Assembly: GCA_028534125.1 (NCBI GenBank)
Contig: CM052816.1
Span: forward strand, 46,006,001-46,070,000
Reading direction: 5' to 3'
Length of the DNA stretch: 64,000 nucleotides
From: Lama glama
Lineage: Eukaryota
Both the position numbers and the translations under genes were made by a program. The notes under the pieces are model-generated. The model worked only from the letters and a program-made list of their open reading frames with translations, did not search any database and was not told the DNA's origin. The first letter of the stretch is position 1. Each line of letters opens with the position of its first letter. Below are positions 14,195 through 26,406 of this stretch, piece by piece.

Positions 14195-14494
14195 AAACAG
14201 ACTATTTTATAGAGCAGTTTTAGGTTCACATTAGAACTCTGGGCAAGGCACAGACTTCCCATATACCCTCATCCCCACATTTGCATGATCCCCCCCATAG
14301 TCAGCATCCCTTACCAGACTGGTACATTTGTTACAATTGATGAACCTGAATTGATGTACCACAGTCACCCAAAGACCACAGTTTACATTAGGATTCACTC
14401 TTGAGATTGTGCATTCTGTGTATTTGGACAAATGTATGATTATATATAGCCACCATCATGGTATTCTACAAAGCTGTTTCACTGCCTTAATAAT
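14195..14494 (-). mobile_element. L1MC-type 3'UTR
   Basis: 'tagagcagttttaggttcaca...ggtacatttgttacaattgatgaacct...cacagtttacattaggattcactcttg' matches the antisense L1MC1/2 3' end as I recall it. Confidence 0.85.
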
Positions 14495-15088
14495 CTAGCT
14501 AGAACTGGTTGGGGTTTTCCCTCCCTTCTAACAGAGACTAACTAGTCTGGTCTCTGTTAGAATCCCAGCAAGTTAGATTCTGGGTAAACAGTTTCTCCCT
14601 AGGGCAGACCTTGTTAAGAGGAACAGAATGCTCTGGTATTTTCAAAATGATCCTTTTTCCTCCCCCTGGTGGAAGCATGAGGGGATTTTTCTCAAATATG
14701 CCCAGAGAGATCCATGTTGAACTCCTGAAGGTAAGACTGACAAAAATATGGGGCTACCCAGATGACTGGATCACCCTGGATTTTAAACTCTGAGTTATCC
14801 ACACTGAGCCACCAGTAATTGGTCAATTACAGTTCAGACTTCCCTTTCCTTTCCCCTACCCAACACTGGGTCCTGCAGATTTTGTGCTCATGGGTTTCTG
14901 CTCCAGCAGTTTGTGAGTCTCTGTGTGTGTCTGTCTCCAATATTCAAGGCATTGGTTTTCCCTGTGATTTCACTTCTTTTATGGATCTAAGAAAGTTATC
15001 GATTTTTCAGTTTGTCCAGCTTATTTACTTATTAGGATGAAGTGGTGCCTTCTAATCTCCTTAAAAGCCAGTTTGGAAACTGGAAGCC
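14495..15088 (-). mobile_element. L1MC-type 5' end (L1MCa/b_5end-like)
   Basis: 'gatctaagaaagttatcgatttttcagtttgtccagcttatttacttattaggatgaagtggtgccttctaatctcctta...ggaaactggaagcc' resembles the antisense L1MC 5' terminus. Confidence 0.65.
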
Positions 15089-18000
15089 CAATATCAACTC
15101 CTGATATTACTTGAGCGATTTTATTACTGATATTTAAAATTAACTTAAAAATGTGACTCTGAGTTAGTCCTCAAAACATTTTATCTTTGAAATTAATGTG
15201 ATAGTTGAACAAATCACTGTGTCAATGATTTGTTTCACTTTTATTAAAGAATATCAAAAGTGTTGATAAGATGACAAAATAAATTATATTTTACAGTATA
15301 TAAGTATATATTATAATATACATTTTATTTTCCTATGCAAAAAAAATTTAAGATAAATATTCCAGTGTGCTACAAGGAATTGTGTGTATGTGTGTTCTCT
15401 TTCCTAGTCTTTTCTTTTTTGCTTTTATTTGTGCCTCTCTCGAAGTTGGTTCAGTTTCATGAAAGCATTTAAGTTGAGTAAGTACTGGATAATGTGAGAA
15501 AATGAAATCAGGACCTTGATTGAAAAAAAAAAGACGTAAGACTGCTGTTACTGCAGCTCAAAAGCAGAACACATTTTTTCCTAAAGAATCTCATAAACAC
15601 CTAATATGGTCTGTGTTGCCATCACGGAAGTGTATGTTTGAGGAAAAATATTAATGTGAATTGTATAACCCTAAAATGACTTAAGATGTGAAATGTAGAA
15701 AGAGTATTGGTGGTTCAAGCTCATACAGTGGAAAATGGAAGGAAGCCAAAACAGGCACTAACACTCCGCTCTTGTTAAGAAAATGCCAAGGGATCTTTTC
15801 ACAAGAGTGACTCGCAGATTGCAACACAGTTACCTTAGCTGGCTCCTGATGTGCAGTATCACACCACATTTAAATTTCCATCTGTGGTGTCTGGAACTAT
15901 TGTTCTTACTGTGAACTTTTTTTCCCCCCAAAGTAAATCTACAGCATCTGAAAGACCACAGGACACACTTCTTTTAATGGGACAACCAACTAGACATAAA
16001 GAAATTATAAATAAATTTGGTAAACCTTTCTAGCAATCATGAAATCATTTCATGTTTCAAAATTAGTAAATTGGCATTAAAATTACATATAGAAAATGCT
16101 AAATTTTGATATATCTGGATTCATTCATTTTTCTTGAAATGTCTTCAGTGCTCTATTGTTACATTGTGCTTCTCTGAATAAGAAAATTGAGGATACTGTG
16201 TTCCTTGTTCTTTCTCTCTGAAACTTAGTCGTCAAAACTCTTAGAGTGAGCCCCAAGTAATTGGTGTTATTAAATAGCTGAATTGGTAAAGGTAACTACT
16301 TAACAACTTTATGTTAATACAACCTTATTTGTCTCAGCAATGTTACCATGTGTATTAGTTGAGTTGTGATGCTGAAATTTCACGTGCACAATCCTATAGG
16401 CAGCATCTGGTTTATAGACGTAATGAATTGAAATGAACATTAAACTAAAGCTCATGAGGTAGTTATGTGACTAATATTTTTGCTTTAAGAAGAGGCTATG
16501 ACTTTATGATCTTTAGGTTTTCCCCTTTTACTTCTTTTTATACAAGGGAGAACATACTTGTGTGTATTCAACTTTCAAAAAACTTGGAAGAGAAAGTGAA
16601 ATTAAATGTTTTAAGACCTTTGAAAGGAAAGTTTATATAAATAAAGTGTTCATATATTTTTTAAACAGAGGTATATATATTTGTTGATCTCTTATTCTAT
16701 GCCTTATGAATTAACCTAATAAACATTTTTAATATATATTTATTCATATGTATGTTTCAGCTCTTCTTCACTATTCAATATATTTACAATATACAGTTTT
16801 CATCTCTTCATTTTCTACATGTTAAAATGTATAAAGCATGTAGAACAGTATCTAACATAGTCATACACATAATATTAATTAAATAATATTATAATGTTGC
16901 TGTTGAAATGGCTTTGTATTCAGTATTTGAATATCAACATTATTTTTGATCTAAGTCAATATTTATGGAGAGTTGCTGGTTTTAGAGGTTGCATGATCTG
17001 AAAGGACCTTCAAAAGATCAGCTCAAGAACAACATTAAAGCAAATTTGCTCTGCAATCCTGTTGCTAAGCAACTAAATTTATTTATCCTCTGCTGTTTGG
17101 GTCAGGACTAGGGGTAATGAGCTGATGTTGCATGTCAGAGAAAGAAGTTAGTGGCTGACCATGACTTTTAAACTTCTTGGCTTTGCATTGTTTTCCCACT
17201 TAGTGACCTCCTGGGTAATTTTGAACACATTATTTCACTTCTTTAAGGTTGTTTCTTTTAGATCATTAAATTAAGAATTATATACAGGATCCTTTAGCAA
17301 AGTGTTTACTTTCTGATATAAAGATATTCCAAATAATATGACAAACCAATTGGACTTCAAGACCAATATTTCAAATATTTTTAAGTATATTAAATATCAT
17401 AAATATCATCATAAAAATACCATGTCTCCTTTGCCAAAGTGAAACATTTTTTTTTGCTGATTTGTTTTCTAGCTCCTTCAAGAAACAAATGGCAGAAGTG
17501 ATTGACAAGGCACTATATACATTTCCAAAGCCAATTTTTATGACATAATATAGTGCTACAAATAAAAATGTCTATAAGGATGCATAAGTTATTTCTGTAG
17601 GAATAGAAGGGATGAGTTACATGCCATTCCATTTTGATGAACTTGAATCCAGTTTCTAATCAACAAGATTGCCCTATACAATAAACGACTGATTGTGACT
17701 GCTGGCGTTAACAGTAATAGGACAAGATGTGTGGCACAATTTTCTCCATTCAGCTATTCATTTTCCTACTGCTTTGAAGGAGTCTTTATATCCTTATGAT
17801 CCTTCTCAAAGTTATCCTGATCAGTTGTGCTAAATGTGCCCAGTAGTGCTGATGAAAACACAGACAACTCTTGTTGATTGCTCAGTAGTGTCAGTTTGGC
17901 CTCAGTTCTTCATTTTGTCAGAGTTCTCAAAATATTAATAGTTTCATGGCGTTTTTGCACCCTTTTACCATAATGCTCTCTACCCAAAGTCCACTTAGTT

Positions 18001-18984
18001 TTATGCACGCTGCTAAATAAAAGAAATAAATGTACAGAAGCTGATATCCTCACCCTGTATTATCTCTATTTAGTCTCTCTGAACTGTACAAATTCATTTT
18101 TCTCTGCCAGTGCTAACTAGATACCATATGATGTGCTGTATTCATTTGGAACAAAAACCTTTATAAGAACAGTAATAGGATAGAAAACATCAACAAAACC
18201 TCTAGTTTTATCAGTCCTCATAGTCTCTAGCTCTGACATTTGTACTTGAAATTTGGATAGAATCTATGAAGCTGCAGTGAGAATTATTTATCAACTCCAA
18301 AAGGCTTTCGTTTGAGAAATCCAAGTTCCCATTTTCATAGCTAGTTTATAACTCAACATAAATGTCAAGGTTTAAAGAATATTCAAACACAGCATGGATA
18401 TTTATTTGAAAAAAATCACTTGATAAATTTCAGAATGCACTGTTTTGTTTATTTTTAAAGAACCTGTCAAACTATATTGTTGGATTAACTAAATAATAAA
18501 TAGTTTCCCTGGGGTAGATTGCTATGTTTGCCACAGTTAGAATGTGCCTTTCTTCCCACTTTCATTTGGTATGTATGGTAGGAAATATATGTGTGGCTGC
18601 TATTTGTTCAGAATTACTCTTACTGATGTGCCACTGAGGAAACAGTAAGAAAGGATGCCTTTATAATGAATGCCCTCATACTCATTTATTATCCACTATC
18701 CATTCTTGACAGCTTAGCTGTGCCTCAATGAAACTTTCCCATGAGTTCAAACATGCTGTCTTCCATAGTACAAACTAGAGTGTTGGCCAGATGCGACCTG
18801 TATTTCTAATCACTGATGGGACATTGTACAGATGTAGTTAAAAATTATTAACCATTTGATGTGGGTTTAAAAAAATCACTTTTCCCTCAAAAGTTTTGTT
18901 AAAAATAATAATTGAAGTAGATTTTCCTTTCTCATTATTTTCTCTATTCTTAGAGTAGTATTAATAATTTAAAAATCATTGGGC

Positions 18985-19212
18985 TCTTGATCTATGTAAA
19001 CTCTGTGCTGGCAACTTGATATGTTTAATTTCATTTTATCCTCAAAACAAAATAGAGGAGATGCTATGTTATGCCCATGTTACTGGTAAGAAATGTAAGG
19101 CGCAGAGAACTTAAGTAACTCAGGTCACACAGCCAGTGATGGGAGAGCTGGGATTTTCAGTCCAGGCTGCTTCATTCCGTATCTCGTCCTACTGACAGCA
19201 GCGCTACACAGC
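18985..19212 (-). mobile_element. MIR SINE
   Basis: 'ttcattttatcctcaaaac...cccatgttactggtaagaaatgtaaggcgcagaga...ggtcacacagccagtgatgggagagctgggatt'. Confidence 0.8.
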
Positions 19213-19399
19213 ATTAGACCGGCACAAGGAACCATCAGCCCTAGGCGGAATGATCTGTTTAGAAGTTTTTCTTTTAGATATTCTTCATACTTTGATGCTG
19301 ATTATAGCCTGTACTAATACCAAATTTTCCAAAATAATATAACTTTTGATTTTTAATAGGAATTAGAGAGCAAAACTACTAAGCTATATAAGACCTAGA

Positions 19400-19560
19400 T
19401 TACTGACTCGGAAAGGCTTTTGCCATCATTCATTCCTGTCCTCATAGTCTATGAACTGGATTCTGAGGTCTGTGAAGTAAAGTTTTTTTTCTTAACTCAT
19501 ATACCTAGTTAGAATCAGAGCCAGGTTGAGGACTTAGGTCTCCTGGCTTCCAGGGTGCTG
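19400..19560 (-). mobile_element. MIR/MIR3 fragment
   Basis: 'tcatatacctagttagaatcagagccaggttgaggacttaggtctcctggcttccag'. Confidence 0.55.
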
Positions 19561-22500
19561 ATTAATTGTGTTTATTCCAGAGACAATTTCTGGGACAAAT
19601 TCACTGTTCTTCTCTGTTGGGGGGCGTATTTTCACATGAGCACGTTGTTTTCTGCTGATGTTCACCACACTTACATGTGAAAATGTGCACGTGCACACAT
19701 ATACAGGTCGTTAATTAAATTCCAACTACTTCTGAAAATGTTCTGAGGCAGTTAGATCACAGTTGTGGATATGTGAGGACAGATTTGTGGGTAGCAGAAA
19801 GTCTAAACTTGCTGACAAATGGAAGATGATATTGATGAGCAATGATATTTTTATTCGGTGGAGATACTAGATATTCCCTGATGCTATGGGAAAATACCAG
19901 TGAGAGAATTTTGATGAGGCATTTAGAACATATTATCTGGGAAAATGTATATGAATTTGATATATTTCATGTCCTGTGGGCAGAATTTTTAACACTCTCA
20001 AATGCTTCCCATTTTTATGTACCAGGCCAGATCAACTTTCAACAGTTTAGGCCCAGATATGATTAAGGAAAAAAAGTTTCCTGAGATGTTCAGGAGTGTA
20101 GAAAGGAGCTACGGATATTTTCAACAAAAGAGTTCGATTTCTTTGAGCTCTGTATCAGAGAAGAGAGTAATGTCAAATATCTTCACAGGGTTTTCTAACA
20201 ATCTTGTATGGCAGAGAATTGTAGAATACTTTTAATTGCTCTATCTCTTTTTTTTTTCTTCACATGGAATCAGCCTATATAACATCAAAAATCTTCTAAT
20301 CTAGACTTTTATAAATTAATTTTTTTCTCCTTAGGAGATAGGGGGAGTCACATTTTATTTGTCAATTATTTTGAGGATTTCTGAGAAAATTTTGTGTTTC
20401 TGTTAGTACATTTTAGCTGTCTTCAGGTAACTGAATGCCACCTTGACTGTAGCAAGTTATGTTGTTTTCCTAAAGAGCAGGCATCATGGGTTTTCTCAGA
20501 GAATGTTCACCTCTTGGAATACTTTTCTTTTATTTCATAGTTTAAGTGGTCAGCATCCTTCTTGCGTCATAGAACATTTGTCCCACACCAAATTCTCACT
20601 AAACACTTGTGAAATGAATAAGCTTTGTTGAATTCTTTTCATCAAGCCAACTGATTGCTTCCTTTTGACTGAAAATCAGCAGTTACTGTGAACACACCAA
20701 TGAGTTATATCTCCACTGTGCAGTCCGTCCTTGTATGTATTGCCCTGTGGATACTAGGGGGAAATGACCTTCATTGTAATACTTATGCTAATGTTCTTGA
20801 CTGTTATCATCATTATCATCAGAGGAGTCACAGCAGCATTATTTAGAGACGTACACTAGAGGGTGGTGTTTTACCTGGACAGTAAACTTATCAATGCATT
20901 GGCTTTGAGGAAGAATGAGAAATGTCTCCAGGAAATGTTCCTCGTGTTTAATGTTACATAATTCTCAGCACATATGCCCCATTAACAAAGTTGATAAACC
21001 CCAGGGAATGGAAGCAGAGACTGAGTCACTTGGCGGCCTTGCTATCCCATTTCTTCAACACATTCCTGTAGGTGTCTGGTTTTCCTGAGCTCCACATGCA
21101 GAGTGTCACTTGAAAACCAACACTGATCACTGGGTGAGAATATATTTGACTCTAACTACAGGGAATTGGAAAGCAAGTGAGGCAAATAGTGAACGTGGGT
21201 AAAGCTGTTCCACTCACTACTTCAATTTTTAACCCTCCTGAATCACTTATGTGTATGTCCACGGCTGACCTGAGAAGAACAACAGAAACCATCAGTAGTG
21301 GAGGAGAAAGTTATTTCTGGAGAGTGCATGTTTCTTTGCCTCCTCCCCTCTAGTTTTCACTTAGTTCCAAAAAAAAAAAAAAAAAAAAGAAGGAAAATTT
21401 CTAATCTAGTGCAGCACATCTTTCATAATATGTTGCATGGTATGATCAAAATGTTGCTGTAAGCTTTCCCCCTCAGTAGACATATTAGTGTTAGTGATAG
21501 GTTAATTCATTTTGCTTCCAGCTCTTGCTTTCATCTTTTTCTCTCAGTTGACTTTTCTGATATTGGTACAATCTTTGCTCACATCATGAACTTTACTGTG
21601 GTTTCTCATGACAAATGTCCAAATTTTCATAGCCTTTTACCTGGACATGTTAATACATGAAGGAGGCAAAAATCTCAAATTTATTGCTCTCACATTTCCC
21701 TTCAAAAGAAATTTGTTCTTCCCACTCTGACCAGTGGAAATTTCTTTATAACACAAACAAGTTTTCATCTGATGTTGCAAGTTTTCAGACTTAAATTCTT
21801 TATTATTCTTGACCACTATCTGATTCAGAAAGACTGTTGGAATTCAGATCTCCTGGAGTAAATTTTAAAAGCACAATTTCATATGATCAAATTAAAGTTG
21901 AATTGACTGGTTCCTATTAAAATTAAACCCTGTCCAACTCTGCCAAACTCTCTTTTGAAGCTAGGTACACACTTTCCTTCAAATGTTCCTTAGCATTTGG
22001 CTCTGCTGTTTCCATGCTCCCCTTTCGTCAGTGATACGATAACATTGCAATAATACTTAAATGCTGACACAACAGAAAACCTTGCCAGTTTGGCTCTCAA
22101 CCTTGGCAAGCTTTTTGTTATAGTTGCAACCGGCTTACTCCTTGAGTCGCACAAAACTTCCAGAGCTCCTCCACAGCATGTCTTATAAAGAGGGCTAAAA
22201 GGAAAAGTATGAGAGATGTTAATTTTAGACAGAGAATAGTAAATAGGACAATAAATAAAAGCTCTGTTTTGGCGCATTGGAACTTTCTTTTTTCCCCTTT
22301 GAAATGTGTGATTCCTTTTCCCAAATGTTGCACTAAATTTATTTTTAAAGGTGTCATCTATTTCCATTCCAGTGCTATGTCATCTAATATTTAAATTTAT
22401 GAGATGAATCTTGAGGTTCACCAGTGGAGCAGCTGGAGAATTCGAGCCACTTTGCCATTGAAAATGCAGATTTGCTGAAGGTTTTTGTGTCTGACAAGCC

Positions 22501-24224
22501 CCGTTGAAAGCACCTCATTCCCTTTCCTGACAAGTATCCATCAACATGTAATATTTATTCTTCTGTTTGAGTTTCCCTACAAATAATTGGCGGTCCCTCA
22601 GCAAGAAGACATTTTTCTGCTGAGGCAGCACCACCTGTATAGCTTCACCAGGCCAAGAACAAATGCTCTGAAAAGAAAGCTTTCCTAGAACTGATGGATA
22701 GAATGAATGAGGGATATTTACTAAAAGGAGGTAAAACTGAATCTGCTCCTTTAGATGCACTGTCATTTTTAGTTCTCCAGTCTTCTTTCTGTCATCATTG
22801 GAATAGCAATAGAATGTTCATTCATTGATTTTATGGCTGATAAGAAAAATACTCTTGTTGACTTGTCTTCTACTCCCCCTTTTTTTCTTTATCTCTAGAT
22901 ATAGGTATCTATATTTTTGAGATTTTTAACCTCATAATTATTATCTTCTCTGGACTCCATCTGTGGGCTTGTATCAATTGCCATTTTTAGCATCCAGCAA
23001 TCATGAAAACTTTACACCCAGCAATAGTTATTATAATAGCAAGTTAGATCGACCATGGCCTTCTTATTGTTGTGACCTCCAGTTTTCATGCAGCCCCCAG
23101 ACCTAGATCCCCTTTGTTAGGAAAGGAGGTGTTCTTAAAGAATTATGCTTCTATGAAGTGTGCATGGTTTGCATTCATAAAGAGAAAAGTGTGACAGGTA
23201 AATGAAAAAATAAACAAGTTGATACACTGATTTTTTTTAAATAAAGGGCAAACTAGAGATTTATCTTAATTTCTATTGCAGGAGTTTTCAAACTTTGAGC
23301 ATCAAAATTGGTAACTATGGGCTACACATTGTGCTTCATTACCAAAAGTAAGCAGTAGTTGTTTTCTCTTAGTTTTAAGGAAAGTAATCAAACTGCTATC
23401 TATCATTTCTCCCATTTTTAGTGTTAATCTCATGGTTGTTTTTCAGTATTTGATATTTACTCATATTCTAGTGAGCCAAATGAATGAACAAGTAAAGGAG
23501 GGATATTAAAGTACAAACACACCAATGCCTGCATAAATACCAGCTTTTGGTGGATGTACACCAGTCGTCTTGTTACTTTGCATTCTGTGCATTTAATTTA
23601 AATTTAACATTAAGTAAAATCTCCTATGTTACACACCAACATTTATGCTGGATTACTCTGAGATGGAAGTGATTAATAGCAGACTTTCACAAAGTTACCC
23701 CATAATTTCTGAGGATTGTACTATCAAAGGAAGTCTGCGAACTACCATCTGATGTGCTTCACTCATTATTTTAAAAATAATTTTTCAACCTAAGGAAAAT
23801 AACCTGATTAGATGGAATAGATATAGTGAAAATCCAAGAGACTATGCATTTTAGTTCATCATTTTATTGACAATTACTTTTTAAAAAATGTATCCACATA
23901 ATGTGTTTGCAATAAATATTTCCTGATTATCTTAGTGGTCATGTGACAAATTGGTACTCAAACTAAGATTAGAGTCCTAAGTTTTTAAAAGATTTATTTT
24001 AAATAAAGTAGTTCAGGGTAAGTTAAAAATACCTGGTATAACACCTTCCCTCACAAAAATTACAATCTATATAGAAGACATATAGCCTGTAAATAATTTA
24101 CAGGTCAGTTCAGGTATTGTAAAACTCACATGGCTCAGGAAAGGAAAAAAAGGCCAGTTTGGGATTATATTAAAGAGGCTACTGAATCAGCACAGTGCCA
24201 TCACTGATGAATTCTTTCCCTGGA

Positions 24225-24430
24225 TTAGTCTTGGAATCAGAAACCCCGAGTTTCCTATTTGTTCACATTCTAGCTGAGTTCCCTTGCTTAATTTGCTAAC
24301 CTTTTCCCGAACTTTCATTCCTTTCTCCATCAGAGATGACTAATACTGCTTACCTCTAATTATTTTCTAAGAACTAAGTGGTTGATCAGCTTCTTGATAA
24401 ACTGTAAATTGTGATAAGCATAAAGATATC
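24225..24430 (+). mobile_element. MIR/MIR3 fragment
   Basis: 'ttggaatcagaaaccccgagttt...ctagctgagttcccttgcttaatttgctaacctt...taatactgcttacctc'. Confidence 0.55.
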
Positions 24431-24451
24431 TTCATGATCATCTGTGCCAGG

Positions 24452-24491
24452 CAAAACAAAACAAAACAAAACAAAACAAAACAAAACAAAA
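24452..24491 (+). repeat. (CAAAA)8 microsatellite
   Basis: eight perfect copies read directly. Confidence 0.95.
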
Positions 24492-25045
24492 CACCTAGTT
24501 GAGGATCAAGCTATCATAATGATAAAATAATTGCACTGATATTTATTGAGTTTTTTTTTTTCATATGTGTGGGGGGGTGGGGAGGGGCAGAAATAGTTCT
24601 CAGTTCAATGTGTTTTTGCTCATTTAATTTATATAACACCCTTCACTCATGGGTAAACATGACCTAAAAAGATAGCAATACAAAGATGTATAACAGTATA
24701 AAAAATAGGTACCACATGCCATTTATTAACGCCAAATTGAATTGTTATTTATCAATGCCAAATTCTGAGCGCTAAACTCAGTATTCAGAACATAAAACTT
24801 GTGAATTCTGAGTAAGAAAAGAATGAACTGTGAAGGTTGAGAATGACTTCATGGGAGGGCTTGGATATAATCTGAACTTTCAAAAATGGGAAGGATAATT
24901 GAGAGGAAGGAAGAGAGTATTCTAATCCTAGGGAACAGAAGAGCATGGTATGCAGCAAATGAAATATCCTTCATGACCCAAGAAATATACATGTGCCCCA
25001 GATGTGATGTGTGTTAAAAATGACTTTCAATTTATTTATCTACAA

Positions 25046-25169
25046 TCAGGGCGTGGAGTTGCTCATTTGCCTCTAGGCAGCATCGCTGACTATTGTTACA
25101 TGTTTGGCAACCCTACATCTTAATGCTCTCTCCATTGCCCTTTAAGACATTTGAATTTTCAGCCCCTTG
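25046..25169. mobile_element. possible small hAT-Charlie (MER102-like) DNA transposon relic
   Basis: starts 'cagggc', ends 'gacatttgaattttcagccccttg', resembling hAT-Charlie termini. Confidence 0.35.
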
Positions 25170-26229
25170 CATGAAACAAGAACGGGTTTAAAATGGACAA
25201 GAGGAAAGGGGAAGATCAAAAGCAATCACCTCCCAAGGGTTACAAATAAAGGGCTGGTGGAATGAGATGCAAAGAATGCTTTAATAGATATTATAATAAA
25301 AAGCAAAAGTATCTTAAAATATGAAATCATGAGGTCATGAAGACTTTTTGATCCTTTTGAGGGGACTTGAAGTAGCTTTAGGGTCTTTAAGTTATTTGTG
25401 GTTGGTGGAATTATCCCCAGTTGATAAGTGAGCAAACTGAGTCAAGAAGGTTGTAACTTGCCCAGAGTCATGTTGCTAATAAGTGGTGGCTTAAGGATTT
25501 ACATACTACCTGTTTATGTGTCATGTGTCGGGTTACTGATAGGCACTACCATATATTTTCTCCTTAAATCCTCATAATAAGTTTATGTGTGTGGTATTAA
25601 TACTCCCACTTTTGCAAAGGTTTTTTTACTACACATTTCAAATTGAGACTGGGGCCTCGATAGCGTGGTACATTCCAATAATCCCAAATTTTAGACCCTC
25701 AGGACAGACACTTTTGCTCTCCCATATCAGCAGCATCAAAATCTCAAATCTAAGAAACTCAATGGCACAAGAGGCTCACCATCCCTATATTTTGATGTGG
25801 TTTTTTTAATATCTAGCTAAGGCCATAGGTCACTCAGCCCCCTACTTGTGGTGGAAAACCTCATGTACAGTAGGTACCAAGAGAAAACTTCAGAGTTGTC
25901 TTAACTCTACATTTTAAAAATTAATTTAAAGAATATCTTTGAAAGATATGGATAGTCACATTGCCTGCTTTAAGTAAGAAAAGTAGACCAAGACTATAAT
26001 TCCACACCTGCTCTGGCCAGCCGTGGCCTCTTGCGGCTTAGAGAAATGACTCAACTTTTCTTAAGCCTATTTTGAATCCCTGAGACAGAAACCTTCTGAA
26101 TGAAATAAGTCTTGCAGTTGATATCCTACTTCAAATCTACTTGGTGCCTCAAACAGCAGGGTGTCTAGAAATACTAGTTTCTGCTATGAGAGCAGAAATC
26201 TTAAAGAGCCATGCAAATTGGATCCACCC

Positions 26230-26406
26230 GGTCTTTAACTTGGGCCAATTCTTCCACAGTATGTGCAGACACATTCTGAGTTGACTTGACTGCATAATAG
26301 AGATAATTATAAGCACTTACTTATCTCACAGGGGTCTACTGAAGATTAATTAGTTAATGTTGGCAGACCAAAGGTGCAATATATGTGCTAAGTATTATTA
26401 TTATTA
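26230..26406 (+). mobile_element. very ancient CORE-SINE (MIR1_Amn/MIR3-like) 3' half
   Basis: 'cttacttatctcacaggggtctactgaagattaattagttaatgttgg...tatatgtgctaagtattattattatt'. Confidence 0.6.
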
